A stretch of 64,000 nt of DNA from Ascidiella aspersa (Eukaryota): NCBI GenBank assembly GCA_963924565.1, contig OZ004609.1:7626001-7690000 (forward strand). Direction: 5' to 3'. Position 1 is the first letter of the stretch; the number at the start of each line of letters is the position of its first letter. Both the position numbers and the translations under genes were made by a program. The notes beneath the pieces are model-generated. The model saw only the letters and a list, made by a program, of their open reading frames with translations, ran no database searches and was not told where the DNA came from. Positions 49,789 to 63,000 of the stretch are shown piece by piece.

Positions 49789-49967
49789 GGTAACACTAAT
49801 TTACGGAATGATGAATGGTCGGAATGGTCGGAACGCTCACAGAATTATTATTAAATATAATAACACTTGACCCACCTTTACCCAAACGCTAACCCCCACC
49901 CTAACCCAAATATTGTGCGTTGGTTTAATAATTGTTGTAACGGGCTAACAATTAAATTAGTATTACC
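49789..49967. mobile_element. MITE with GGTAACACTAATTTA TIRs and 9-bp TSD (Merlin-like)
   Basis: TIR GGTAACACTAATTTA / TAAATTAGTATTACC; TSD CCAGACACG at 49780-49788 and 49968-49976. Confidence 0.8.
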
Positions 49968-50655
49968 CCAGACACGATAGGCTTGTTTTTTCCCGATCAG
50001 GAAAGCAGAGTTATATTTTTTAACGAGCATTTTAGATTTCAACATAATATGCCAATTATTTTGTAGTAAGCATCTTAGTGGTGCGAGCCACAATTTCAAT
50101 TTTAGCGAGGTTCCTGCTGTTTATTACCACGGAAAATGCGGGGAACCGTATTTTAACACTCAGCTATAGAGTTTCCAAACTTATTTCACGAATAATTTAT
50201 AAATGCAGAGTTGTTTGTTACAAAAAGGGCTTTTGATTTGTTCTCGATTACTTGAAATGGCAGGCCGCCCAGCAAATATCATTATTTTGGACACCCGGCG
50301 TACATACCTCACAATAAAACCATTGTGAATTGATTAATCCAAAATATGGCCGGCAGTCTTACACTGCTACTTTAAACAAACACAATTTTATTCTTTGACG
50401 TGAAAAATAGAGCCATAGGACATCCATTGAAAAGTTTGTGCTGTGTGGGGATGTTGTAGTCCCTTCAGCAGCAGCGGTACATTTCGTCGAAAATCAATGT
50501 CACATGCTCTGCCGCGAAAAATCAATCCAACTCGCAAAACTATAGGCGCGATTGCGGTTTTGTTAGAAATGACGACAAAAAAATCGCATTTAATGCCTCC
50601 TGTACAGCCAAAATAGTGTTCGTGCAAGTATTAAACATTTTGGTTACCGACAAAA

Positions 50656-51754
50656 TCTTGAACAACTAACTAGACTTTGCCTAAAGCAAACGAAAAAAGC
50701 CGCAAAGTCGCGTTCGACTTCTAAGCGCTAAACACCGAGGATTCCCCGCAGGAGTTTGTGGAGCAATAAAGAAACAAGCTCGTCGAACTCATGAGGCAGG
50801 AGTTCAAGCGGTTTCAGACGGGGAATCACCACAGACGGGAAACTGGTTTGGTGGTACATAGAAAATACAAAACAAAGACAACTATTGCTCTCTGTCTGGC
50901 GATACGTTGCCGCTGTTATAAATTACAAGCAATTTGTAGATTCCGTTAAATCCAAAGTTAGCGCCTTTTTGCTTACACAAGTATGTTAACCTGCTCTACA
51001 CATCAGTTTTTTTGTTCAATCAGAATGCAAACTTCTAAATTGTCGGGAAAGCGGCTTTAGGTAACCCATACTGCTTGAAAAGTTTATAAATGCGTAATAT
51101 AATAGGTTCGAGTGTTTTTTATGCAGATTTTGTTTTATCCCTTTGTTTACTTTCGAAATAACGTGTCGTGTTGTGTGTACAATTCTGCCAAAAAATTCAG
51201 ATGTCCGATTAGCATGAATATAAAGTTCGTACCATTCGGAATTTGGGAAGTTGGGTTTTAACCTTAACTTAGCTTACATCGGTCTGAAATGAGTCTGCCG
51301 TTTAAAACGGCGAAGTCGCTTACATATTGGGGATTTCCCTTCGAGCTGCTAGAAGTTTCCACTCTTTCCCTGAGTCGATAACTGTGCCTTGTGAATTATT
51401 TTGTTTAAATAATCTCCCCCTATGTTTATTTTGGACAACAACAGAAACATTGGCTAAATCAAAATAAAACGATTTTCAGAATGCTAAAAATCAAATGCAA
51501 TTTAGGTTTAGGTATTGCTTTCCTTTGCCTATGCGAACAAAACTTAGTACAATGCAATTTAATGTTTGTGGTTTAGGCGTTTATAAGCTTCCCAGGTCTT
51601 AGCCTGTTGGCTGTAAAGTGTTTTGTGTCTTTACAAGCCCTCGCGAGATTCAAAAAAATTGGCTTGATGTTATGTTCGTACCGAAGGAAATGTGACGTCG
51701 GTTGAAAAGCGAAACGCTGACGTCAATCAATGCTCAAGTGACGAAAATGAACAG
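50656..51754 (+). pseudogene. Inverted, decayed copy of GTPase exon 10 - intron - exon 11
   Basis: ~50656-50839 matches exon 10 (..[30 protein letters not shown], with stops and a lost donor). ~51684-51754 matches exon 11 (..EM*RRLKSETLTSINA..EQ|gt, acceptor mutated). The intervening sequence has patchy similarity to intron 10. Confidence 0.85.
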
Positions 51755-54024
51755 GTAACAGTTGCATTGCGTGTGATTCTGCTGTTCAGCCATAACCAAA
51801 TCCTGTCAAAAACGTGGATCGGAGACGTCACGCCTTTGCTATACAGATAGAAGCTTTCAATTTACTACAGAATTTTTTTATCTAAATTTACTCAATAAAT
51901 TTGAGAAACTGACAAAGATATAATCTCTGAAATACATATTAATTTATGTTTTCAGGAATAATTGAGTTTGTTGAATGTGTGTTGACCAAATTGGCACCTT
52001 TCAGGGATGTTTTTGATTGAAAAATTGAGGGTACTTTCCGATTTGCTCGTGCTTTGCTGTGAACAAATATCACATCCTTTTCTCTGTTATACCATCGTCT
52101 ATCAAAAGTTACTTAGAAAGTACGATTATTATATGACAGAATGTTTGTGCGGTTATTTACGCCGACAAGACGGGAATTTGTTAACATTCCTTGCCAATAG
52201 ATTAGGCAGAATGAATTTCTGTCTAGCGGAAATCGTATGCGCCCTCAGGCGAAAAGTAAGTTAGTTTTACTTTATCCTCGCACGTTTATTCAAAATTTAT
52301 TTTTTACGTTGCCAGGATTTAGTGCCTTTATAACATATGGTTTGTTACATGGCATATATTTTACCTATTACAAGCTTCAAAAAGAATATTTGCATTCCCT
52401 GCTTGAATATATAAGCTTGCAAACATGTCTCGTACTATTTTCACCAAACCCAGAACCAGGCTTGTTTTTATTATAGTTTTTTAATTTATCTTGGTAACAT
52501 TTTTTCTAAACTTTAGTTTGAGGCGATAGTGCGCTTGCAAAGCATATTTTAGCATATTAAACAACTAAAAACAACGGCTTACGAAATAGAAGCAGAATAT
52601 TGTTTGACCTATTTAACAACATTATTTGTCAGTCCCACAATAAAAATAGGTAAAGTTTATTCCTAAATTGGATTTAGAAATATGTTATACTAATTAAAAT
52701 AACCATCAATATGTTTTCATCAAAGTTAATTAGTTTTCCTCATTCGTACACTTTCTTGCCTGGCGAAATCTAGGATATTTTTTTTGTATTGAATACGTCC
52801 AAAGTATATATGCTGCACTAGCGAAAACTGATATATATAGGCATAAAATGCAAAAACACTGCCAACATTGATAAATGTAAAATTTGTTCGAACGAAATTT
52901 GTTTTAAGTTTGCCAAATTAAAAACAAAATAAACGTTAAACATCACCAGTAGACCAAGCAAAACCAAACTCAAGTCTATAACTTTGTTTATGATTTTGAC
53001 TTTAGCAAATCAGTTTTGTTCATTATGGTGTAGGACTCTAGGGCATATTAAATAATATATTGCCGAAAACTAAGTGTACTGTTAACTTGTCTTGTTTATT
53101 TCATACAAAAGGTCGCCGAGTAGAGGGAAGCGAAGAGACTATAGAGAAAGTGGGTCTGGCCTTGACGAGAGACAGGGCCGTTTCTCTCGAAGAGACTAGG
53201 ACAAATATATAATTATGCAATTTCACGTAAAGAAGGCGCGCTTGAAATATAACAAGAAGGTGATCGACATAAACATAGCTACAAAGTCACTACATGGCAT
53301 CATTGTATTTTTGTTAAATTTAACAGTCCAATCTCTACAAAATAAATGCAACATAAAATGATTTTAATATTACGAAAAATTCCTATTGTTGTTAGTAAAT
53401 ACATAAATCACGTCAGCTGTCCTATATAGTAGGCTAGTATTAGCACTGCGGTTCTGCTCTCTCGCGTATTAATTGTTGTATTTTTATGCATATTTAACTA
53501 CTTTTCAACTTCAAAATTTTGAAATTAAAAAACCTTATGCAACACCAAAAAAAGTTCAACGAATTTAAATTTACTTTGTGGCATGGCCTAGTAATCTCAA
53601 GCAATCGCAATTTTCACTTATTTTACTGATTTTAGTCTTTGTTGTGGTAAGAATAACATTGATATTAGGCAGAAAGTCACAAACAACCAATACGTACACA
53701 TCTACAAATTTATTTTTATGTTAACTCACGATTCTATTGTTTAAAAAAAAAATATGTTTATTTTTCCCCATTTAGCCATCGTCTTATTGAGTACCAATAT
53801 AACTCAAAACAATCATTAAAATTTATTAAGTCAGATGGCATTTTTAGACCCATTGTTGAAAGCAAATAAGCTTTTAAAGAACACCACATTATGTTCTGTA
53901 AACAAGCTTTTAAAAAAAAACTATCTCGTAATGGAACATTGCCCCAAAATATGATTTCCAAAAAATCACCCATGGCAAATAACCACTTACACAATTTTAA
54001 ACAATCTCAACTCTAGGTCTAGTA

Positions 54025-54305
54025 TTATATGGGCCGAAAATTTATTTTCGGGACATATCTTGTTTTTGCCGTTATTCTTTTTTGGTTTCCTATGGTTTCC
54101 TATGGTTTCCTATGGTTTCCTATGGTTTCCTATGGTTTCCTATGGTTTCCTATGGTTTCCTATGGTTTCCTATGGTATGTTTCAGACCTAGTTTTGTCCG
54201 AAGCTTTATAGAAAAAGTAGACATCGTAGAACCTTCAAATTTTCAGCCATGCCGTAGAGTGGTATGTAGGTGCTTTGTAAAAGTTTATGAGGCTGCACTC
54301 CCAGG
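54025..54305. mobile_element. Helentron/DINE-1-like non-autonomous element 5' region
   Basis: A short hairpin (ccgaaaat..attttcgg) is followed by a microsatellite block and then a 'ttgtcc...tagaaccttcaaatttt' core, the arrangement of DINE-1/HINE elements. The same atatgggccgaaaa motif recurs at ~57015-57035 and ~57732-57753. Confidence 0.4.
54083..54176. repeat. (TATGGTTTCC)n tandem repeat, ~9.5 copies
   Basis: Direct reading; explains the MVSYGFLWFP ORFs. Confidence 0.97.
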
Positions 54306-56202
54306 GGCCTTTGCTTGGGGGGTAAAAACCTGAAATATTGCGTTTTAGCACTTTGTAGCTAACGACAGCCATATAGCAGCAGAAAAACTTTCATACAGAA
54401 TTCGTTCATATTCGCTTGCTTTGTCCAGCTTGTGAAGTGACGAAGCGACTTACCGCCTGCTGGGCTTTATTGTCCCGCGCGTGAGACTTTCATTGTGCGA
54501 AGTGGCACGTCCTAAACTGGGCTCGTGCGACTTGCATTTTAAAACGAGGCTTCTCTTTAGTAAAATTACTTAATGCTGTTAAGAAACAACTTATTTTACC
54601 GCCGCAAATTTAAATGCAAAATCTGGTGGCAACTCTAATCCAACATATCAACACCAGGCCTACACAACTTAAAATTGCAAATTTAATAGTTTTCCCCCCA
54701 AATACCTGGCTACGCCTCTGACACTGGTCAATATTAACCATTTATTTGCGTTCTCCAATCTGCACTAACTTAAACAAAATAACATTTGCCAAAAACATCT
54801 GCACACCGTCTGCGAATTTTCGTTCTACCATTTGTTTTTCGCCAATGACCAAACCTGCTTTTTTATGTCTTAGCGTTACATCAGTGGTTCTCAAACTTTT
54901 TCAGCTTGCAGAACACTAAAAAAATCTTGAATAATTCGCGGCACACTTTAACAGAACAACAATATAGTAATTTGACAAATGGCCTTAAGACGCGACAAAC
55001 TATAATATGTAAATGTATCAATATTATTTATTTGTTAAGCATTTTTAAGTCAAAATGATTGCGTGTATGCCTATTGATAAATCTTTTGGAGTTTGGAGCA
55101 TGTTGATGTAAAGAAACCTTCGATATTGCAGAGCGACCTTGATATGCCTTGTCACCAAACAACATGTGTGTTGGAATCATAGTGTATACTACGCAAAAAG
55201 TGGGTTCAGGGCTAAAGTGGTTGCTTTAACCAAGTTAAGCGTAACTTTGAAGTGTGAAACGGCAATACAAAGCATTAGCATTTATTATGATTTTCACGAC
55301 TCTATTAAACCTTTAAAGAGATATTAATTATGTTGGTCATTAATGTTGAAGTTTGGAATAAACAATTAAGTGTTAACCATCAATAATTACAGACAACGCA
55401 ATGGAATCATAGTGCATTTTAGACTTTGCCTTCTGCTTCCACTGTCTTCAAAATTAAATTTTGCCGAAATAGAATTTTATCCCCAATCGCCAATTTTATC
55501 ACAAGTACTGGGGCCTTTGCTTGGGGGGAAAAAACCTGAAATATTGCGTTTTAGCTCTTTGTAGATAACGACTGCCATCTAGCAGCAGAAAAACTTTCAT
55601 ACAGAATTCGTTCATATTCGCTTGCTTTGTCCAGCTTGTGAAGTGACGAAGCTACTCACCGCCTGCTGCGCTTTATTGTCCCGCGCGTGAGACTTTCATT
55701 GTGCGAAGTGGCAGGTCCAAAACTGGGCTCGTGCGACTTGCATTTTAAAACGAGGCTTCTCTTTAGTAAAATTACTTAATGGTGTTAAGAAACAACTTAT
55801 TTTACCGCCGCAAATTTAAATGCGAAATCTGGTGGCAACTCCAATCCAACATATCAACACCAGGCCTGCACAACTTAAAATTGTGTATAAACTGTTGCTA
55901 CCAGGCATGGTAATGTAAATCAAAAAACAGCTCCTCTGGTAAGTGTAATTGTTAACCAACGTTTAACGTTCAATAATAGCACGAGAATCAGACTACAGGA
56001 AAAGATTATTTTTGGAATCGTGGAATATTTATAAGAAGGGTAACACCATGAACGTCAAAACTGACGTGATGCTTTCTGCATGCTACAAGCACCTGCTGAA
56101 CGCCTAGAGGCAGTCGCTAATTATTTTCTTATCGTTTTGTTGCTCGCGTTTATTTCTGCTTTTTTTCCTTTCCATTTATTGTACGAGCGTTCAGTGTCAA
56201 TC

Positions 56203-56243
56203 ACCCTGACGAAGGCGGCTTGTATAGGTTGCCGAAACGTTGG
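56203..56243 (+). ncRNA. Minimal type I hammerhead ribozyme (Penelope pLTR type), copy 1
   Basis: ACC-CTGACGA-A-GGCGGCTT(GTAT)AGGTTGCC-GAAAC-GTT-GGT: canonical core, 8-bp stem II with G-U pairs, palindromic AACGTT stem III and stem I ACC/GGT. Confidence 0.7.
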
Positions 56244-58242
56244 TTAACAATTACACTTACCAGAGGAGCTGTATTTTTATTTATATTAAAATTGTGTGTT
56301 GATATGTTGGATTGGAGTAACATACTGTACAGGTGCAAATAGCAAATATTCTCCAAATACGATTTTTTCAAATTGTATTTCATCGTATTGTCGCGGTTAT
56401 ACAAAAAGAGGTAAGGCCGTGAATAAAGTTTCACCCACCGTACAATTAAAGCAGGGAAGCATTTCGAGTAGGGATGTTCAAGGCAGAATATCGGCGACAC
56501 ATTTATAATGAAAAGCTTCGCCTAATAATCAAGTGACAATAGGGTGTATTTACCGCCGCAAATTTAAATGCGAAATCTTAAGGCAGTGTACGCCTCTCTG
56601 ATAGCACCTGTTGTGCATGTTGCTCCAACCAACATACCAATATCAGGCCTAAACATCTAGCAAAACTTTCGATTTAATAGTTTGCGTATTGAGAACATAA
56701 TAGTTTTTTTCATATTGTTTAAAACTACAGATTTAAAGCCTGTTTTAACAGCGATTGCTCGGCCCAAGCCATGGTAAAAAATTACCGAGTAAAAGTTTAC
56801 AAAAGTATAGCAAACCATAGGCGTTCCATTTTTAGTCTTTAAGAGAATGATAATATTTGCTTTTCAAACACGTAATCTGGTAAAAATTTAATAAAATGAC
56901 CATACGCATTATCTACGTAAATTCTATTTATCAAATATATGTTTCGATCATTCCCCAAATTCTACGCCATATTTGAACCCCTTTCGCATCAAAGGCAAAT
57001 TTTAAGTGGGGACGTTTTCGGCCCATATCTGTTTTTGCTTGCAGAAACAAGTTTAGGAAAATGAAAAACAAAATATATAATATAAAGTACACAATACAAA
57101 ATATAAAAAAAAAAAATTAAACAAAAAAAAATTAAAATAAAGTAAAAATTGAAAATAAACACTAAGCCCTGAAAATATATTCCCTGACAAAATATGCAAC
57201 AACCGCACCCCCGTCTAGTTTTTTCTGTTTTTTGTTACGTTTCGGGCCTATTTTTTTAAGGATTTTAGAGAAATAAAAACGTAAAAACTTGAAGCTTTTA
57301 GATATGACGTAGAGTGGTAAAAAGATGTTAATTTAAAGATTTAGACATTGAAGACTATAAGGATTATTTCCAATTGATAAGTGTTTATTAAGCAGCAAAT
57401 TATTACTATTTCCTTTCCGCGCCCCATTTTTTTAGAATGCTACGGGTTATACGGATTATGTACTTTATGGTATAATTGAGTAAGAAACAACATATATAAC
57501 TAGAAGGGGTTGCGGTTGTTTATTTTGTCGATGGGTATTTTTCAGGGCCCTATTTTTAATGTTGGTTTGTCAATTGGTTGGGTCATTAAAAATGTAGTTG
57601 GGTATAGTTGGGTCAATAAATATATATTTATTTACCAGGTTATTTCTTGTAATATTATATATTACACTTTGGTTTGTTGGTTGTGAGGTATATATTGAGT
57701 TGTACTTTACCTTGACTTATTTCTGCAAACAAAAACAGATATGGGCCGAAAAATTCCTGCCTTCTCCTGACCTAAAGTGATGCAAAGGGGAAAGTTAGCC
57801 AACTAATACTTTTTCTGTTTTTTTTTTGTTGTAAAAAATATGTAAAAAGTATTTTTTAGTGGAGAAAGAGTTAGAGTTAGGATGAAGAGTAACAGGAAAA
57901 CGGTTGATGCATCAAATTGTGCCCGCATATTAGGGCTGGCAAATATAAAGCTCGTCTTTCACAGAACATTTTTTCATTTCATTCTCTGCCAGAGCAAAAC
58001 AAAATATACCGAGGGTCGAGCGAGACGAAAATATATCCCTCGACAAGCCCATCTCAAATGTCCTATTCTTCGTTGTTACGGTAAAGTTCACGTTCGGCTG
58101 TGCTCGGCTGCTGCCTTATTCACACATGGCGTCATCTAAATAACGTCTGGCTGATTTAACGCAACACATAAACCTCACCCATTCAATTATAACGCCAACG
58201 GAACAGGTCGGGTTCTGGTTGAATGCCGCACTATAACCCAGG

Positions 58243-58488
58243 CAGAGGCGTAGCTACGGAGTCGGTTAGGTACATATATCCCCAAGCGCCCAGGTATGCC
58301 CAAATAAGGCTTGCAAATGCTTAAATGAGAGTGAGACTGCTTTTTATTACAATTGTTCTGTTAAAATTTGTTTTTTTTTCCCCTATGAAGTAATGTATAT
58401 TATGTTAATGTAATAGAAAATGTGGTTAAACATGGAGGAGGGGCGCAAATTTAATAGTTTTCCCCCCAAATACCTGGCTACGCCTCTG
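58243..58488. mobile_element. MITE with CAGAGGCGTAGC TIRs (second copy at ~62011-62255)
   Basis: CAGAGGCGTAGC ... GCTACGCCTCTG. Only the right end survives in the first array copy (ends ~54720). Confidence 0.7.
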
Positions 58489-59970
58489 ACACTGGTCAAT
58501 ATTAACCATTTATTTGCGTTCTCCAATCTGCACTAACTTAAACAAAATAACATTTGCCAAAAACATCTGCACACCGTCTGCGAATTTTCGTTCTACCATT
58601 TGTTTTTCGCCAATGACCAAACCTGCTTTTTTATGTCTTAGCGTTACATCAGTGGTTCTCAAACTTTTTCAGCTTGCAGAACACTAAAAAAATCTTGAAT
58701 AATTCGCGGCACACTTTAACAGAACAACAATATAGTAATTTGACAAATGGCCTTAAGACGCGACAAACTATAATATGTAAATGTATCAATATTATTTATT
58801 TGTTAAGCATTTTTAAGTCAAAATGATTGCGTGTATGCCTATTGATAAATCTTTTGGAGTTTGGAGCATGTTGATGTAAAGAAACCTTCGATATTGCAGA
58901 GCGACCTTGATATGCCTTGTCACCAAACAACATGTGTGTTGGAATCATAGTGTATACTACGCAAAAAGTGGGTTCAGGGCTAAAGTGGTTGCTTTAACCA
59001 AGTTAAGCGTAACTTTGAAGTGTGAAACGGCAATACAAAGCATTAGCATTTATTATGATTTTCACGACTCTATTAAACCTTTAAAGAGATATTAATTATG
59101 TTGGTCATTAATGTTGAAGTTTGGAATAAACAATTAAGTGTTAACCATCAATAATTACAGACAACGCAATGGAATCATAGTGCATTTTAGACTTTGCCTT
59201 CTGCTTCCACTGTCTTCAAAATTAAATTTTGCCGAAATAGAATTTTATCCCCAATCGCCAATTTTATCACAAGTACTGGGGCCTTTGCTTGGGGGGAAAA
59301 AACCTGAAATATTGCGTTTTAGCTCTTTGTAGATAACGACTGCCATCTAGCAGCAGAAAAACTTTCATACAGAATTCGTTCATATTCGCTTGCTTTGTCC
59401 AGCTTGTGAAGTGACGAAGCTACTCACCGCCTGCTGCGCTTTATTGTCCCGCGCGTGAGACTTTCATTGTGCGAAGTGGCAGGTCCAAAACTGGGCTCGT
59501 GCGACTTGCATTTTAAAACGAGGCTTCTCTTTAGTAAAATTACTTAATGGTGTTAAGAAACAACTTATTTTACCGCCGCAAATTTAAATGCGAAATCTGG
59601 TGGCAACTCCAATCCAACATATCAACACCAGGCCTGCACAACTTAAAATTGTGTATAAACTGTTGCTACCAGGCATGGTAATGTAAATCAAAAAACAGCT
59701 CCTCTGGTAAGTGTAATTGTTAACCAACGTTTAACGTTCAATAATAGCACGAGAATCAGACTACAGGAAAAGATTATTTTTGGAATCGTGGAATATTTAT
59801 AAGAAGGGTAACACCATGAACGTCAAAACTGACGTGATGCTTTCTGCATGCTACAAGCACCTGCTGAACGCCTAGAGGCAGTCGCTAATTATTTTCTTAT
59901 CGTTTTGTTGCTCGCGTTTATTTCTGCTTTTTTTCCTTTCCATTTATTGTACGAGCGTTCAGTGTCAATC

Positions 59971-60011
59971 ACCCTGACGAAGGCGGCTTGTATAGGTTGC
60001 CGAAACGTTGG
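59971..60011 (+). ncRNA. Minimal type I hammerhead ribozyme, copy 2
   Basis: Identical to 56203-56243, shifted by one repeat unit (+3768). Confidence 0.7.
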
Positions 60012-63000
60012 TTAACAATTACACTTACCAGAGGAGCTGTATTTTTATTTATATTAAAATTGTGTGTTGATATGTTGGATTGGAGTAACATACTGTACAG
60101 GTGCAAATAGCAAATATTCTCCAAATACGATTTTTTCAAATTGTATTTCATCGTATTGTCGCGGTTATACAAAAAGAGGTAAGGCCGTGAATAAAGTTTC
60201 ACCCACCGTACAATTAAAGCAGGGAAGCATTTCGAGTAGGGATGTTCAAGGCAGAATATCGGCGACACATTTATAATGAAAAGCTTCGCCTAATAATCAA
60301 GTGACAATAGGGTGTATTTACCGCCGCAAATTTAAATGCGAAATCTTAAGGCAGTGTACGCCTCTCTGATAGCACCTGTTGTGCATGTTGCTCCAACCAA
60401 CATACCAATATCAGGCCTAAACATCTAGCAAAACTTTCGATTTAATAGTTTGCGTATTGAGAACATAATAGTTTTTTTCATATTGTTTAAAACTACAGAT
60501 TTAAAGCCTGTTTTAACAGCGATTGCTCGGCCCAAGCCATGGTAAAAAATTACCGAGTAAAAGTTTACAAAAGTATAGCAAACCATAGGCGTTCCATTTT
60601 TAGTCTTTAAGAGAATGATAATATTTGCTTTTCAAACACGTAATCTGGTAAAAATTTAATAAAATGACCATACGCATTATCTACGTAAATTCTATTTATC
60701 AAATATATGTTTCGATCATTCCCCAAATTCTACGCCATATTTGAACCCCTTTCGCATCAAAGGCAAATTTTAAGTGGGGACGTTTTCGGCCCATATCTGT
60801 TTTTGCTTGCAGAAACAAGTTTAGGAAAATGAAAAACAAAATATATAATATAAAGTACACAATACAAAATATAAAAAAAAAAAATTAAACAAAAAAAAAT
60901 TAAAATAAAGTAAAAATTGAAAATAAACACTAAGCCCTGAAAATATATTCCCTGACAAAATATGCAACAACCGCACCCCCGTCTAGTTTTTTCTGTTTTT
61001 TGTTACGTTTCGGGCCTATTTTTTTAAGGATTTTAGAGAAATAAAAACGTAAAAACTTGAAGCTTTTAGATATGACGTAGAGTGGTAAAAAGATGTTAAT
61101 TTAAAGATTTAGACATTGAAGACTATAAGGATTATTTCCAATTGATAAGTGTTTATTAAGCAGCAAATTATTACTATTTCCTTTCCGCGCCCCATTTTTT
61201 TAGAATGCTACGGGTTATACGGATTATGTACTTTATGGTATAATTGAGTAAGAAACAACATATATAACTAGAAGGGGTTGCGGTTGTTTATTTTGTCGAT
61301 GGGTATTTTTCAGGGCCCTATTTTTAATGTTGGTTTGTCAATTGGTTGGGTCATTAAAAATGTAGTTGGGTATAGTTGGGTCAATAAATATATATTTATT
61401 TACCAGGTTATTTCTTGTAATATTATATATTACACTTTGGTTTGTTGGTTGTGAGGTATATATTGAGTTGTACTTTACCTTGACTTATTTCTGCAAACAA
61501 AAACAGATATGGGCCGAAAAATTCCTGCCTTCTCCTGACCTAAAGTGATGCAAAGGGGAAAGTTAGCCAACTAATACTTTTTCTGTTTTTTTTTTGTTGT
61601 AAAAAATATGTAAAAAGTATTTTTTAGTGGAGAAAGAGTTAGAGTTAGGATGAAGAGTAACAGGAAAACGGTTGATGCATCAAATTGTGCCCGCATATTA
61701 GGGCTGGCAAATATAAAGCTCGTCTTTCACAGAACATTTTTTCATTTCATTCTCTGCCAGAGCAAAACAAAATATACCGAGGGTCGAGCGAGACGAAAAT
61801 ATATCCCTCGACAAGCCCATCTCAAATGTCCTATTCTTCGTTGTTACGGTAAAGTTCACGTTCGGCTGTGCTCGGCTGCTGCCTTATTCACACATGGCGT
61901 CATCTAAATAACGTCTGGCTGATTTAACGCAACACATAAACCTCGCCCATTCAATTATAACGCCAACGGAACAGGTCGGGTTCTGGTTGAATGCCGCACT
62001 ATAACCCAGGCAGAGGCGTAGCTACGGAGTCGGTTAGGTACATATATCCCCAAGCGCCCAGGTATGCCCAAATAAGGCTTGCAAATGCTTAAATGAGAGT
62101 GAGACTGCTTTTTATTACAATTGTTCTGTTAAAATTTGTTTTTTTTCCCCTATGAAGTAATGTATATTATGTTAATGTAATAGAAAATGTGGTTAAACAT
62201 GGAGGAGGGACGCAAATTTAATAGTTTTCCCCCCAAATACCTGGCTACGCCTCTGACACTGGTCAATATTAACCATTTATTTGCGTTCTCCAATCTGCAC
62301 TAACTTAAACAAAATAACATTTGCCAAAAACATCTGCACACCGTCTGCGAATTTTCGTTCTACCATTTGTTTTTCGCCAATGACCAAACCTGCTTTTTTA
62401 TGTCTTAGCGTTACATCAGTGGTTCTCAAACTTTTTCAGCTTGCAGAACACTAAAAAAATCTTGAATAATTCGCGGCACACTTTAACAGAACAACAATAT
62501 AGTAATTTGACAAATGGCCTTAAGACGCGACAAACTATAATATGTAAATGTATCAATATTATTTATTTGTTAAGCATTTTTAAGTCAAAATGATTGCGTG
62601 TATGCCTATTGATAAATCTTTTGGAGTTTGGAGCATGTTGATGTAAAGAAACCTTCGATATTGCAGAGCGACCTTGATATGCCTTGTCACCAAACAACAT
62701 GTGTGTTGGAATCATAGTGTATACTACGCAAAAAGTGGGTTCAGGGCTAAAGTGGTTGCTTTAACCAAGTTAAGCGTAACTTTGAAGTGTGAAACGGCAA
62801 TACAAAGCATTAGCATTTATTATGATTTTCACGACTCTATTAAACCTTTAAAGAGATATTAATTATGTTGGTCATTAATGTTGAAGTTTGGAATAAACAA
62901 TTAAGTGTTAACCATCAATAATTACAGACAACGCAATGGAATCATAGTGCATTTTAGACTTTGCCTTCTGCTTCCACTGTCTTCAAAATTAAATTTTGCC

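Noticed and set aside
53105-53250. Possible RTE-type LINE 3' remnant (VEGxRR-like)
   Set aside because: Too short and degenerate to support.
54029-54333. Hydrophobic repeat proteins (MVSYGFLWFP)n
   Set aside because: Translation of a 10-bp tandem repeat.
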